From Octopus vulgaris (lineage: Eukaryota): 64,000 nucleotides of DNA. Location: positions 37,014,001-37,078,000 of the forward strand of contig OX597826.1 of NCBI GenBank assembly GCA_951406725.2, read 5' to 3'. Position 1 is the stretch's first letter. Each line of letters opens with the position of its first letter. Position numbers and translations under genes: made by a program. Under the pieces are notes generated by a model. It was not told the origin of the DNA. It did not search any database and saw nothing but the letters and a program-made list of their open reading frames with translations. This document shows, one piece after another, positions 1 through 13,442 of the stretch.

Positions 1-177
1 AAGAGTGAGATTAATTTTTTTGCTAATCGCTGGAAAAATGTCCGTTGAGTAGAGTTCGTTAACTAAATCTATTATAGGAGCAAGACTCCGCCGTCTGTAG
101 TCATTTTAGCGTTCAGAACGTATCCCTGAGATATTTTCCGCAGGAGTATATTTTTTCAATACTATTAAGAGAACATT

Positions 178-386
178 AGGCGATCTGGCAGAATCGTTAG
201 TAAGCCTGGCAAAATTCTTAGTGGCATTTCGTCCGTCTTCTCGTACTGAGTTCAAATTCTGTTGAGGTTGACTTTGCCTTTCCTCCTTTCGGGGTCGATA
301 AAATGAATAACATTTAAGTACTAGGGTCAATGTTACCCTTCCCCCAAACTTGTTGGCCTTACGCTAAAAAATTTGAAATCAATATT
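178..386 (+). mobile_element. tRNA-derived SINE, family B (Deu/Nin-like core)
   Basis: A-box-like TGGCAGAATCGTTAG, B-box GAGTTCAAATTC, core CCTTTCGGGGTCGATAAA; homologous to copies at 11070, 17024, 32551, 54432, 62103. Confidence 0.85.
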
Positions 387-1449
387 CTGAAGAACCAAAT
401 GCATGGCTCAGTTGAACCAGATTCAATTTCATGAAGAATGTATTCACCGTGGTCCAGAAAATAAAAGTCAGACAATCTCACTTCGAACCACATTTCGAAG
501 GACATTACAAAGTATCTGAAATCGGTAAATCGGTCGCAGTTTAAAAAAATTTTGCATTTTTTCCTCCTTAGACAATTTGCGGTTTATGATGTTTCATCTA
601 ATTTACACGGACATATTTAAATAACTATATTAATTAATTTGAATATAACTCCAGTCATTACACGCCCCTTGAATCTGCCTACGTGGTGAGCTGTGTTCAG
701 GAGTGATAAGGTATGATTAAGTATTGGTCTCATTCGCTAACTTTTTATTTACTGGTGAAGCCATTGTTTCATGTAGACATATTAATTGATGATCTTGAGA
801 AAATATGAATATCATATACTTTTATATTTATATCTAGGATAACGCTTGGTCTGTGTGTAATAAATCACCACAACATGTTTTCGTCATTAACCAAATTTCA
901 CACAGAAACAACACGTAAGTAAAATTAATGGCAAGAAATAGAATGACGGGACAATGATCTTTTCTCCATAGAATATTCGCTGATTTCATTATTGCGAAAC
1001 TTAAAACATACATCAGAAAGTTCTAACGTTGTAAGCCAGCCATGCAATAACTATAGGCGATCGACTCTGTCTAATATTGCCATTAATTCATTGCTTTACC
1101 CAGCATATTGTCAGATAAATCTAGCTCCACACATATCATTGTTTTATTACCTGATATTTCTTTGTCAATATTCAACACTTAAACGATCATTACAACACAG
1201 CAAATCTTCTCACAAATACACTTACACACTTTCTTGTCCGTCTGTGGCTGCATGAGTATTTGTATGTGTGAGTGTGTGTGGAGAGAGACAGAGAAGGAAA
1301 TAAAGTGAATTATGCGTGTGTACTATGAAAATATGTGTTCGTGTGTGTCCGTATAGGAATTGTCCTGGCAGGTGGAAACACATAACTGCGCCTGGGCCAG
1401 ACAAAATACTTGCACAACTGACATTAGGAAGTATAGTCCGTATACAACA

Positions 1450-1528
1450 TATATGTGTGTTTGTGTTTGCATGTGTATGAATGTATACACACACACACAC
1501 ACACACACACTCATATATATATATATAT

Positions 1529-1581
<53 letters not shown>

Positions 1582-1612
1582 TATATATTAATATATACAT
1601 ATGTATATAAAC

Positions 1613-1673
<61 letters not shown>

Positions 1674-1761
1674 ATATGTATATATATATAAACATGTATA
1701 TACATATATATATAAATATATATATATACATATACATACATACGTGTATATATATAAACAT

Positions 1762-1833
<72 letters not shown>

Positions 1834-1855
1834 ATAACACACACACATACACATT
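1450..1855. repeat. compound (TA)n/(CA)n microsatellite
   Basis: direct reading; source of the overlapping YI/HT/CV ORFs. Confidence 0.97.
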
Positions 1856-2808
1856 CGTTATAATATAATATTATTCATATATTCATCAAACTGGCATTGT
1901 TTCAAAGTTATCACTGATGATAAAATAGATAGCGAAAAATTTCAAAACCTATATAAATCATATAAACGGAATTCATATATATAATGTTTACTTCGCTATT
2001 TATGTGTTACCTTTTGTCTCATTTTAATCTGTGCGCAAGTAACACCGGTGTAAGAGAAATAAAAAGCCAAGGAAAATTAACATTTCTAATGAACCCAAAT
2101 AAATCATTAGCCTTTAATGAATAATGAAAGAAACATGACAGATCATCATAAACATCCGATTGTGCTGTTTTCTATGTTTTATTGATTTCTTTTGATTAGA
2201 TAATAAGTTGATTTTAATAAAATACTTAATCTCTCTAATTACAAGAGATACTTAAAAAGATAATATAATATTCACAAGCTATGAACAAAATTGACACAGT
2301 GGCTTATAAAAGGTTTTAAATAAATATTTCCCCGTATCGACTCTACGTCGTTGAGGGATTTGCGAGAAATATGAACCAAGTGACCCTCAAACTACAACCG
2401 CCTGACTTTAAAATTCTCCATACATTGTATAGTTTTGACCCGATACACTAACAGACAAAATAGTCACAATTTACACCTAGCCTGGAGTTAAACCCAGATA
2501 ATATCTGCATAACATCTGCATTAACTGTCGTCCCGTGCTTTATTATTGATATGCATATCTAATGGTGTTCAGTGTACCTAAGACAACGGTTTATTAGCTG
2601 AGACTGTCTCTGATTATCTTAAACCGTGACTTGTACATATTGTTTCTGTTCTACGCAAACAACAAAAGTGGAATACGAGAGATTTTTACTCAAATCACCC
2701 TGCAATTACGGTATCATAGTTAAAACTCCTAAATCCCGCTAAATATTATATCAGATACTTTTCTGAAACGGTCTGTTCATAATCTAAATACTGCTTTATT
2801 TATTTAGG

Positions 2809-2847
<39 letters not shown>

Positions 2848-3372
2848 TGATCTCAATAATCCGTTTGCAGTCATACTGGAGCACCACTAGTAAGGATTTT
2901 TACACGATATTACAATTTCAGCATTTATTTCAGTCTTTTACTGATGTTTCATTATCGAAACGTTACGTGACACGTTCTCTTATAAAGAAAAAGGTGCCTT
3001 TCAGAAATGCAGAGAGAAACATACATATACATAATTACATACATATACACAATTACACACGCACACACATATGCACAGGTGTTTGTGAATCTAGAATAGA
3101 AAATCACATAGCAAAAATGTCTCACAGTTGAATCGAAATCGCAAATTCCTTTCCAAGTAAACTTCTCCAGGACAAGTCCTAAATATTGCACATGAAAAAC
3201 GAAGTCCTAGTTTTTATAGTTAATTTGTTCAATCATAACTCATTCTTCAATAATTAATGATGTGTTTTCATCGAATTGTCCTTGTGTAAGCGCTTCTTAT
3301 TTCCACAGTCTGTATTTCAGCTTCTGGAAAATTACTGCAGAGATATATAAACCTATCTATTATAGTTTAGAA

Positions 3373-3480
3373 TAGTGGTTCTCAACCACGGTCGATGGTT
3401 ATAAGCTTTTGGTGCTTAAATTTATGCCCAATAAATTACTTAAAATTTTTAATGCACAAAATCTTCAGCATAGAATCTTC
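3373..3480 (+). mobile_element. possible hAT/Charlie-type terminal fragment
   Basis: TAGTGGTTCTCAACC resembles the CAGTGGTTCTCAA hAT TIR; no matching right end found. Confidence 0.3.
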
Positions 3481-3563
3481 TCCACCCATACTCAAAATAT
3501 GTCCAGCACAGCTACGATGAGGTACTGATAGCCTCCACACCAAGAGTATACATATGTATATAT

Positions 3564-3835
3564 AGGCGCAGGCGAGTCTGTGTGGTAAGAAGCTTACTTG
3601 CTAACCACTTGGTACCGGGTTCAATCCCCCTGCGAAGACATTGAGCAAATCTCTTCTACTATAGCCTCGATGTTGGTATGTTTACGGCCCCTTAACAGCT
3701 GTTCGACAAAATAGACCGATAGAATAAGTAGCAGGCTTACGAAGAAGAAGTCTCGGGGTCGATAAGTTCGATTATATAGCGGTGCTCCAGCATGGCCGTA
3801 GTCAAATGACTGAAACAAGGAAAAGAATAAAGAAT
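3564..3835 (+). mobile_element. tRNA-derived SINE, family A, internally deleted
   Basis: AGGCGCAGG..TGTGTGGTAAG head, B-box GGGTTCAATCCC, tail GCGGTGCTCCAGCATGGCC..AAATGACTGAAACAAG; homologous to 33205-33638 and 41093-41457. Confidence 0.9.
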
Positions 3836-3847
3836 ATATGTATATAT

Positions 3848-4052
3848 ACTCTTTTACTTGTTTCAGTCATTTGACTGTAGCCATGTTGGAGCACCGCCTT
3901 TAGTCGAGCAAATCGACCCCAGGACTTATTCTTTCGAAGCCTAGTAATTATTCTATCAGTCTCATTTGCCGAACCGCTAAGCTACGGGGACGTAAACACA
4001 CCAGCATCGGTTGCCAAGTGATGTTGGTGGGGACAATTACAGACACACAAAC
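3848..4052 (-). mobile_element. SINE family A, 3' half
   Basis: reverse complement of the family A tail (CTTGTTTCAGTCATTTGACTG..GGAGCACCGCC..GAACCGCTAAG); tail-to-tail with the preceding copy. Confidence 0.9.
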
Positions 4053-4212
<160 letters not shown>

Positions 4213-5794
4213 ATTTCTTACGGAAATCTTATGAGGCAATACTTTCCAGTATTGTTAATATATCGGTATGATATATCATTTCGTATATTATCTAATGATA
4301 TTGCACCAATTCTTTCATGAAAAGATGATGATGAAACAACTGTAAACATATGCAATAAAACGAGTTGGTCCATGCATTGTCGCTTGATAGTTATATAAAC
4401 TCTTCGGATATTTATGATTTTCAGATTTTCCAACAGCGAAGTGATTCATTTCATTGTATTATAATATCTGATAGCCGATGTCTGTGGACGGGCTTCATGA
4501 AGCAAAACTGTAAGGTTAAAACAGAAATCGAATTTATCCATATATATATATATATATCATATATACATAGTATATATATGTGTGTGTTCGTGTGTTGTTA
4601 TGTGTGTTTGCGCATGTATGTCTATATAAATGTATGTATAAATATATATATATATATATACATGCACACGCACGTAATGTAAATAAGATATACTCACACG
4701 CATGTTTATATGTGTGTAGGTACGTATAAGCTATGTAGAACTATGGAGCTTTTCTTTTATCGGTCCTTTGATAAAGATCATTAAGAATTCAACACTTCAT
4801 AATGCTATAAACACATTCCAGTTCTTCGAAGCAGCATTGCCCAGTCATACAAGGCAATATCTGCAACTTGATACGACGAATTGAAGATTGTGAAGCGAGG
4901 TATCTCAATTCTGCAATCGCACTTGAGATATTTGGAATGAAATTATATCAATATATTTAACATAAGCATTTTCTAAAAGCAGAAAACTTAACATGCAATG
5001 CGTTAAATATTCATACACAGAACTTACAGTACATGATGTTATCGACATCCTCCTACTTCTAATACTACCACAATCTTTACTAAGCTCTATACAATAATCT
5101 AATTCTCTTGTGCCCTCATAAGAGAAGCATGTCTTTCAACTAAATTCTTTACTTGCATCTAAGATTCTGCAGTTCTTTGCATGAAGTTGAAACAGAATTC
5201 CCTTTTGATTCTAAAAACAAAAGTGTTTTAGTGTGACATATCTCAAAGGACAAAACGGTTTTTGCTGTCTTTTGAAAAGAAAAGGCAGAAGAGGCTAGCA
5301 TTTCACAAGCAAAAAAGCAAACCAAAATAAACGAATAAATACATAAGAATTGTCAAATGGTAAAAGCATGTTCTTAGCCTATTATCTGATATATCAGATA
5401 GTAGATATCAATTCTTAAACGAAGAACTAGATGCTAGTGCTATATATTTCCTCAAATTTCATTGCTACCGAAAAACTCTTTTACAAGGTGGTGCATTCAA
5501 AACAATTTTTTAACGACTGTCGATACAAAACTAAGATGGCAGTATGTCTTGGAAGTTGTTCTAACTCTTTATTGGTTGAGAATGGAATGGGTTGGGCAAG
5601 TTCAGAAATTCAGAAATTATATCTTCTTGTTAGTTTTTCAGTAAGTGCTTTAAGAAAATCATGTAATATAGATATGTTATGCAATGACAATGGTTGAATA
5701 CACAGGGAGAAGACGTTCCCGAAGACACTGTGATGTGTACCTGGTACTGTAACTTATATTTATTGCCTTTTTCATCAATAACGTCGCTCTCAAC

Positions 5795-5925
5795 TTAGTC
5801 ATCATCATCAGCGTCATCATCATCAACTTCATCATCATCGTTGTCCCCATCACTGTTGTCCTCGTCCTCGTCCTCCTCCTCATCATCATCATCATAATCG
5901 TTGTTGTTATCATAATCCTCATGAT
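5795..5925. repeat. degenerate (CAT)n/(CCT)n trinucleotide repeat
   Basis: direct reading. Confidence 0.85.
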
Positions 5926-7212
5926 GATCGATTCAATCAAATCAAATTATTTTTTATTGCTGACTTATTTCTTTATTCTTTATTCTTTAAATCCTTCTCT
6001 TATATTTTCAGTGGATCTCATCTTTCTGTTGTTTCTTGCTCCATTCACGCCTTATATATTTCTAACCTACTCCGTAATACAGAATTCCGTTGCCACAGCA
6101 ACAAGCATGTGATCTGTTAACCCTGTCTTTTAGACCTCTGCCAGAATCACTTGTCGAATGCACTTAGCAACAGTAACTCTCCCTTCGCTATCTCCAGTGT
6201 ATTCTATGGAATTAAAAAATATATCTTAATGAAGGAAACTATAAAATTGTACATGCAAAATATTCGAAAAATTATAGAAAGTTGTTAAACGCAGAACGAA
6301 ACTAAATAAATTTTTAGGTATAACCTCTTCCTTCATCTCAAGACATTTCCAGCAAGCTTATACACACTTAAGAAATATTTCCTTTTTGATTATCTTACAA
6401 TCTTAATGAAGTGATTAAACATGTGCTCTAACTGCTTATCAATTAGTTTCTATTCAAGTGAAAATCTTAATTTTTGAAATTTAGTTTTATTTGTTTTAAT
6501 GAAATGGCAAGTGCATCTATACAACCCAGTATAATACTCTAATAAAATATATTTCTAAAAGACAAAGAACATGGTTGAATATGGTTAGCGTGTATCTAAG
6601 ATCACATTGAATATGTGCATTCATACGGCTGACTGTTGAGTACAAAGCCTGTACAACTAACTCTAGCTTCTATTTTCAGAACTAGAAATATCAGCGTATC
6701 TAATATGTTAAAATAAATGTTTTTAATCTTTTACTGAGAATACTAACGTGATTTGTCAGACTAGAAAAAAAAACTGAAACTTAGCAAATAATGAAAGGCA
6801 CGTCAGTTTTTAACTAATTAGTGTTATGTGTAATTAGGATAAATTCTGAGTAAAATACTTTCAACATTCCCCCATTACTACATTTCCTGTAAGTTTGCAC
6901 CCCGGTCCTCTGCTCAAATACTTGTAATTACTGATGCAGGATAGATCAGAAATATTTAAATTGAATCTATTCTCAGTTAATCAGCAATTCAGCAGGATTC
7001 TACAGAGATTAGCTGAGAGTTGAAATGAAGAGATTCTCTCATAGGAGACAATGGCCCTGTTATTAAATGACACAACTCTTTCGATTCTACATTAGCTTTA
7101 CATAAATGCAAAGTCTTGTTCAATCAATACACTTATGGTTGAAAATATTACTAAACTCAACAGAGTTCTTGGTTATATTTGTTTTATTTACTAACATTTT
7201 ATTATAATTATT

Positions 7213-7476
7213 ATCATTATTTCTTTTTATCACAGGTATTGTTGGAGCTCCTGGAATCTTGCATGCGTGGCGGGCTTGCTACCTGCGGCCTACGGTACCA
7301 TGTTATCCGTTCTTTTCAGCTATTTAATACTTTCCGGATTATTCTGACCGTTCTTCTAGACACTACCAATTCCCTTGATATTTCTCTTGATGTCCTCTGC
7401 TACTGTTCCCAAGGACCCGACAATAATCGGTACTATCTTCATTTTCCATAGCCGGGTTATTTCCTACTTAAGAGGG
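7213..7476 (-). mobile_element. R4/Dong-clade LINE 3' end (restriction-like endonuclease C-terminus plus 3' UTR)
   Basis: minus strand reads PLK*EITRLWKMKIVPIIVGSLGTV and RTVRIIRKVLNS*, matching the EI.RLW..V.PIV.GALG and TARILRKVL motifs of REL-type LINEs; flanked by ATT/GTT triplets. Confidence 0.75.
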
Positions 7477-7481
7477 TTATT

Positions 7482-7513
<32 letters not shown>

Positions 7514-9682
7514 CCCTGATGATTCATGAGAACGATGTTGACATTGAAAATTAATTACATTGATAAATATGAAGGTATTCTCAATGAATGTTAAAGCAAT
7601 ATACACCTGAATCCATCGCCTATCTGAATAACATCTATTAGGGGTTTTCCAGCTGTGACGTGTCCTTGGTGGCTAAATTCAGATCGTGCATTAATATGGC
7701 CTGGTATTAGCACGAAGTGGCAAAGAAACAATTATTTTTACGTTTTACATCAGCAAATATTCTGCGATGTCTGAGGAGCCGTTTTCCTGCAGGATTAGTT
7801 TGCATTGGAAGTTCGTTTTTTAATGGTTAATTACCCATTGATTCCCCTGTCCCTGAGGACCACTAAAGACAATTCAAAGAGTACCTACAAGAAGAAAAGA
7901 ATAATAATATTTATCTGATTAGTCTGAAACCAATAAACAACGCAAGCAAGCGCGCACACATATTCGCAAATAGACACACAGATACACACTCACACACGCG
8001 CATACAAACACGCGCGTGCGCAAATGTTTTCATTTATGGGGGTTGTCAGCTCGTAAACGCGTATGACTATCACTAATCTTACCCTAGATACTCAAGACAA
8101 TCGATGTCAGCCATACCGGTGCTAAACTTTCATTCAGATAGCAGCTTGCACAACACTGCTTAGACACTAACCTGCAAAGCCAAATAGTCCAGAAACTAGC
8201 AAGATCTCCGATTTCACAATCAAGTGAGTTATATTACAAAAGTCCACTCTGCTAGAGAGATGTCTCAGCAAAGACTAGGGGCCTATCATCTATCCTTTGA
8301 CAGAATGTGTTATTAGTTCTATCGAGTGTCCAACGAAAACCACCCTCCTTGCCAAGGAGTTGCGGGATTAGTAGAGTTGCCGGATTAGCCAACGATTTGT
8401 ACTGGGTTACACGCTACCAATCGCTAAGAATGATCTCGCATATACACCACATAAATACAGATATATGCATTTATGTATACATTTATACATACATATATTT
8501 GAATATATATACAGACAGACAGATAAACAAAGAGATAGACAGACAAACACACACACAGATCGGTAGATAAATAGAGTAATAGATTGATAGGTAGATAAAT
8601 CATCGAAAAATTATTGCCTCTCCCAAAAAATTTAAGATAAATTTCCTGGGAGGTTAGTGACAAAGGTTAAAGTTACGTATTCCAGTCCCTTAGAATTTGA
8701 AATGTCGGTATCCTTATCTCCAGAACCCAGAACTCATGAAATATTATACACGGTTGAAGATTATTCCACGTTTCACCTTTCTACATATCTGAAGCTACAA
8801 GAAAAAGTTATGACTTTCCACTTTTTTAAAGCTTTTCATTGATCCTAAATACAATATTTACACGCTTCTACGCCGGCTACTTTTGGAATATTTGGACTTT
8901 TTCTAAGTTTCAACATTACTGAATTGAAATAGTTATCAGTTATAAACAGTTACCAATCAATCAAAGGAGAATGATTCAAAAGAAACGATTATCCAATGTC
9001 CTTAGCTTTAGTTATCGATAGAAAAAATGTATTTTTAGAGCCATTTGGAGTACAAATATAATAGCAAAACAAAAACCGAAGGGAAGGCGTATTTTGACAC
9101 TTGAGAGACATGTTAAGTGTTATCATTCAATGTTTGTATGACAAACCGCTGTTGTAACTTAAATCATATAAAAAAAATAGCATTTTCCAATTCTATAGGA
9201 CAACGTTTATTTAAGAGCTCTGAGCTGATTTACTTATGGTTATTCTCAATAGCAAACTTTCAAGAACAACTGATATTACTTTGGCTTGGAATGTCTTATA
9301 CATCAGCACATATTGGATAGTTTAAATTGCAACATTCACAATCCAATCATTTTCAGCAGGAACCAGGAATTGAAAATCTAAGTATCATATGTATTTCCCT
9401 TAATGTTCTTACCCCCTTCGCCACTTCCTTCAGCATTTTCTTTTATTTTTAATTTACAATCTTTCTTCGCTGTTCAAGTAAATAGAAGTGGGAAAATATC
9501 TTTGGGAAATCTCTGACAATTCACCAGAGATCAACAGAATACAATTTCAAATTTGAATGTGAAGATCTCGCTAAAAGCATTTTGATGTATTTCAAAAGAA
9601 GGAAATGTTATTCTCCATAAGTTTTATATCTGAAATAAAGAAAATAATATCAATAAACATACACGTACCTACATTTTTACTC

Positions 9683-9694
9683 ATATATACATAC

Positions 9695-9769
<75 letters not shown>

Positions 9770-9915
9770 TATACATATATATATACATACATACATATAT
9801 ACACATATATATATGCACACATACACATATGCACAGATATAAATGTGTATATGTATACACATGCATACATGTATATATAAATATACCTTTATATATATAT
9901 ATATATGTATATGTA
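9683..9915. repeat. (TA)n/(TACA)n microsatellite
   Basis: direct reading. Confidence 0.95.
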
Positions 9916-10654
9916 TTGAGAGTAAGCAAACATTAAATTAAGTAAAAAGAAAATCGGTTGAGTAAATTTCACAAAAAAACTCCCGTTAATTGAGATACGT
10001 TATATTAAATACATAGGTATAAATTGCTTTTTTGGCAGGTAAAGTATAGCTTTTTGATGTCTTTTCAATGTAAGAAAAAATAACAGAAAGGTTAGGAAGG
10101 GTAAATAATAACTTATATGTGTGAATGTAGTGACTGAGTCATTAATGTGCTGGTCTAGTGGACAAAAGATGAATAGAATGAATCAGTTTAGTGTTGGTGG
10201 TTTCTGGCAAAATGAACATAACTAAATATGGCCCCAGACTGATTAGAAATAAATAGTTAACAGCGATGCGGAGTTTCTCACAACGGTGTGTATAGCGAGC
10301 ACTGAATAATCAGTGAATATTTTATTAGCGTATAGAAACGGCGTAGTAAGTTTAGATTAATCTCGCTTCGTCTCCTCCTCTCCTACGAGAACTTGAAATC
10401 GTGTTTAGATTACTGGGAAGACGGATGAAATCGATTTCAAAATGGCCCCCGGGGAGAATCCGGAGTGCAGGTTTTTACCTTCTTAGCCCGCTCACTATTT
10501 ATGTTTTCTTTTAAATGTTAATGATGATGATGATAGTGGTAACTGCGAGGATCAGTAGCAGCAAGGAGAGGAACCAAAAAAGCAGCAACACCAGCAACTA
10601 CAACAACAACAACAACAACAATAATAATGATGATGATGAAAATGATAAAAAATG

Positions 10655-10875
10655 TTCGCACAAGGCCAGTAATTTCGGTGATGTAGGCAAATCGTTTACA
10701 TCGACTCCAGTGTTTGACTTGTGCTTTATTTTATCGTTCCCTATAAGATGAAAGATAAATGCGATCTCAGCATATGTTGGTTACAACGACCTTAGTGTGG
10801 TACTAAATTGATGGACCCCGTTAAGGCCGTTAATCCTTTTACCTGGTGTGCTAACAATTCTGCCAGCTTGCCGCC

Positions 10876-10877
<2 letters not shown>
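10655..10877 (-). mobile_element. SINE family B, decayed or interrupted
   Basis: head GCTAACAATTCTGCCAGCTTGCCGCC at about 10850-10875; tail CACAAGGCCAG..CATCGACTCCAGTG at 10659-10713. Confidence 0.7.
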
Positions 10878-10950
<73 letters not shown>

Positions 10951-10979
10951 TAATAATAACAACAACAACAATAATAATG

Positions 10980-11011
<32 letters not shown>

Positions 11012-11060
11012 TATTATTATTGTTATTATTTTTATTATTATTATAATGATGATGATGATA
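10878..11060. repeat. (AAT)n/(ATT)n microsatellite
   Basis: direct reading. Confidence 0.97.
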
Positions 11061-11069
11061 CTTCTTTGT

Positions 11070-11263
11070 CTTAAAGGCACAAGGCTTGAAATTTGCCGGG
11101 AGGGGACTAGTCGATTATATCGATCCCAGTGTTTCACTTGTACTTAATTTATTGAGGATGACAGGCAAAGTCGATCTCGGTCGAATTTGAACTCAGAATA
11201 TAAAGACGAACGAAATGCCGATAAGCTTCTGGTGTGGTAACGATTCTGCCATTTTGCCGCCTT
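11070..11263 (-). mobile_element. SINE family B
   Basis: GAATTTGAACTCAGAA (B-box, reverse), AACGATTCTGCC head, GGCACAAGG tail. Confidence 0.85.
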
Positions 11264-11267
11264 GACA

Positions 11268-11491
11268 AAGAGGAGGAGGAGAAGCAGAAGCGGAAGAAGA
11301 AGAAGCAGAAGAAGAAGAAGAAGAAGAAGAAGAAGAAGAAGAAGAAGAAGAAGATGATGATGATGAAGAAGAAGAAGAAGAAGAAGAAGAAAAAGAAGAA
11401 GAAGAAGAAGAAGAAGAAGAAGAAGAAGAAGAAGAAGAAGAAGAAGAAGAAGAAGAAGAAGAAGAAGAAGAAGAAGAAGAAGAAGAAGAAG
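11268..11491. repeat. (GAA)n polypurine microsatellite
   Basis: direct reading; gives the poly-K and poly-S ORFs. Confidence 0.98.
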
Positions 11492-12370
11492 GATTTTTAC
11501 AACAGTTCCTCCCTTTAATCAACTTACAAATAATTGGGCCATTTCCATTTCCTTCTCTTCCTTTCTTTAAAATCTGCTTCGTAAGAACATATTCATAAAT
11601 CTCACTTTGTCTTCTTTTAATCGACCAACTCATGAAAAAAAATAAAAATAAATAAATAAATGAAGTATTCTTCTTTTCATGAAAGATGCGTCTGCAAATA
11701 CATTCGTATATTTAAATACATTATGCCTTCAACTATAATACAATCTATGTTAGCGTATGGGAAGTATGAATACAGTTAATATATTTTGTAACATTTTTAT
11801 GTATTCAATTTCATATTCTGAATATAGCTAAAATCTTACGTGTTTTATGCTGTAGACGTTTCATGAGCATAAAGAATTTATCATTTTAAAGCAAAACGAA
11901 AAATGTGAAGAGACTAGGGGTATTATAAAATCAGATTCTCACTACTCCCTGGGTAACACGAAATTGATTTCAAAATACCGGGAGGTACCTTGATATGTTG
12001 GCCTTTAAAACTTTAGTAGGAAGTTCATAACTCCTCATGAAGTCCCTGAAGATAGAATATTACATGACAATGATTATTATGTAAAAAATCCATTTTCGCA
12101 GATTTGGAAAAAATAAAAATAATGGATTCCGACAATTCGATAATTATTATGTTATCCTCTCAAAACATATTTACTCCTTGTCTGTACACGTCGCTTTACT
12201 TGATACAGAAATAAGTGTTATTCTACTATGTTGACGATTGTATTCAGGCTTAGCATGTGTTTGCACACTCTAACGTGACTATTAGCTCTTCTATTAAAGA
12301 ACATCTTTTCCTTATAGAGATAAGTGTAAGCAGTACAGTTGCTCCATCCAGCGAAGAAAAGGGACTAACA

Positions 12371-12410
12371 AACATGACGTTTCAGTATAATTCTCACCTC
12401 CTCAGTATCC
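12371..12410 (-). ncRNA. hammerhead-ribozyme-like motif (canonical core, poor stem I)
   Basis: minus strand GGATA-CTGAGGA-GGTGAGAATTATACT-GAAA-CG-TC; palindromic stem III ACGT, GUC site; stem I does not pair well. Confidence 0.3.
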
Positions 12411-13066
12411 GGTCCTCTCTGCGGTAAGAAGAATTAGCTGATTCTATCCATTGACATCAATAAACGACAAATTTGAGTCAGATGGCTTGCCAATCTGCGA
12501 TTAATGTATTACAGGTATGTAATGACGCGAGAAACAAAATATTGATAATAATAATAATAATTACTTCGATTCTTATCGCGTTTTCGCACATTTCAATGTG
12601 GAGAGGGCTGTTTACTGTAGGAAATCGTATGAGTGAGTGATAGATGATGTATAAAAGCAAGACACATGCTCCGAAAGATCTAAACAGACCTCTAAATCTG
12701 TTGCACACCTTCCATTGCTTTACACCAAGTTGTTAGTTGAATAGAGTTGGGCCACTCACTATTTTTTTGGTAATTATTTTATATTTCCGATATGCAAAGT
12801 AAACATCGACAGTCAGAGTAATAACGAAGAACACTAATGGTGCACACTATTTCTGTTAGAATGTAGCGGTTTTCATCCGTGCTGATATAAAGATGCACAT
12901 ACACATAAATACACACACGTGCACACATGCTCAAACATGCTCTGATGTTATCTCCCTGTTTTCTGTCTTTAATTGTTGTAATAATTGATGAACTAAACCT
13001 CAGGTTAGTGAAGCTTCGTCTCTCAATAATATACATGAATGCGTGATTTGTGTTGTGCGGGATATG

Positions 13067-13148
13067 GTGTGTGTGTGTGTGAGAGAGAGAGCGAGAGAGA
13101 GTGAGTGAGTGAGAGAGAGCGGAGAGAGAGAGAGAGGGGGAGAGAGAA
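13067..13148. repeat. (TG)n(AG)n microsatellite
   Basis: direct reading. Confidence 0.93.
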
Positions 13149-13442
13149 CATTAGAAGTACAGCGTTCACAGCTGAAATTTAGTAAAGAAAGACTTGTGAT
13201 GACTGACCAGTATCAAAACAACTATAATGATGCTACCAACACTAGCAAAAGCAAGTATGTCAGAGTTACACGAAGTCAACACTGTAGGCACTCAGTACGC
13301 TAGTAATAGCAATCAAACCCTTAAATCACATTGAAACATCAAGGTAAATGTGTGTAAAGAAAAATAAATATCTCAATTTATGAAAGGAATTAATATTTTA
13401 AGAAATCAGAGATCACCAATTTCATTTGTTTATAATCTTTAG

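Noticed and set aside
1905-1950. CTGATGA..GAAA-AATT-TC hammerhead-like match
   Set aside because: Neither stem I nor stem II pairs; expected by chance in AT-rich DNA.
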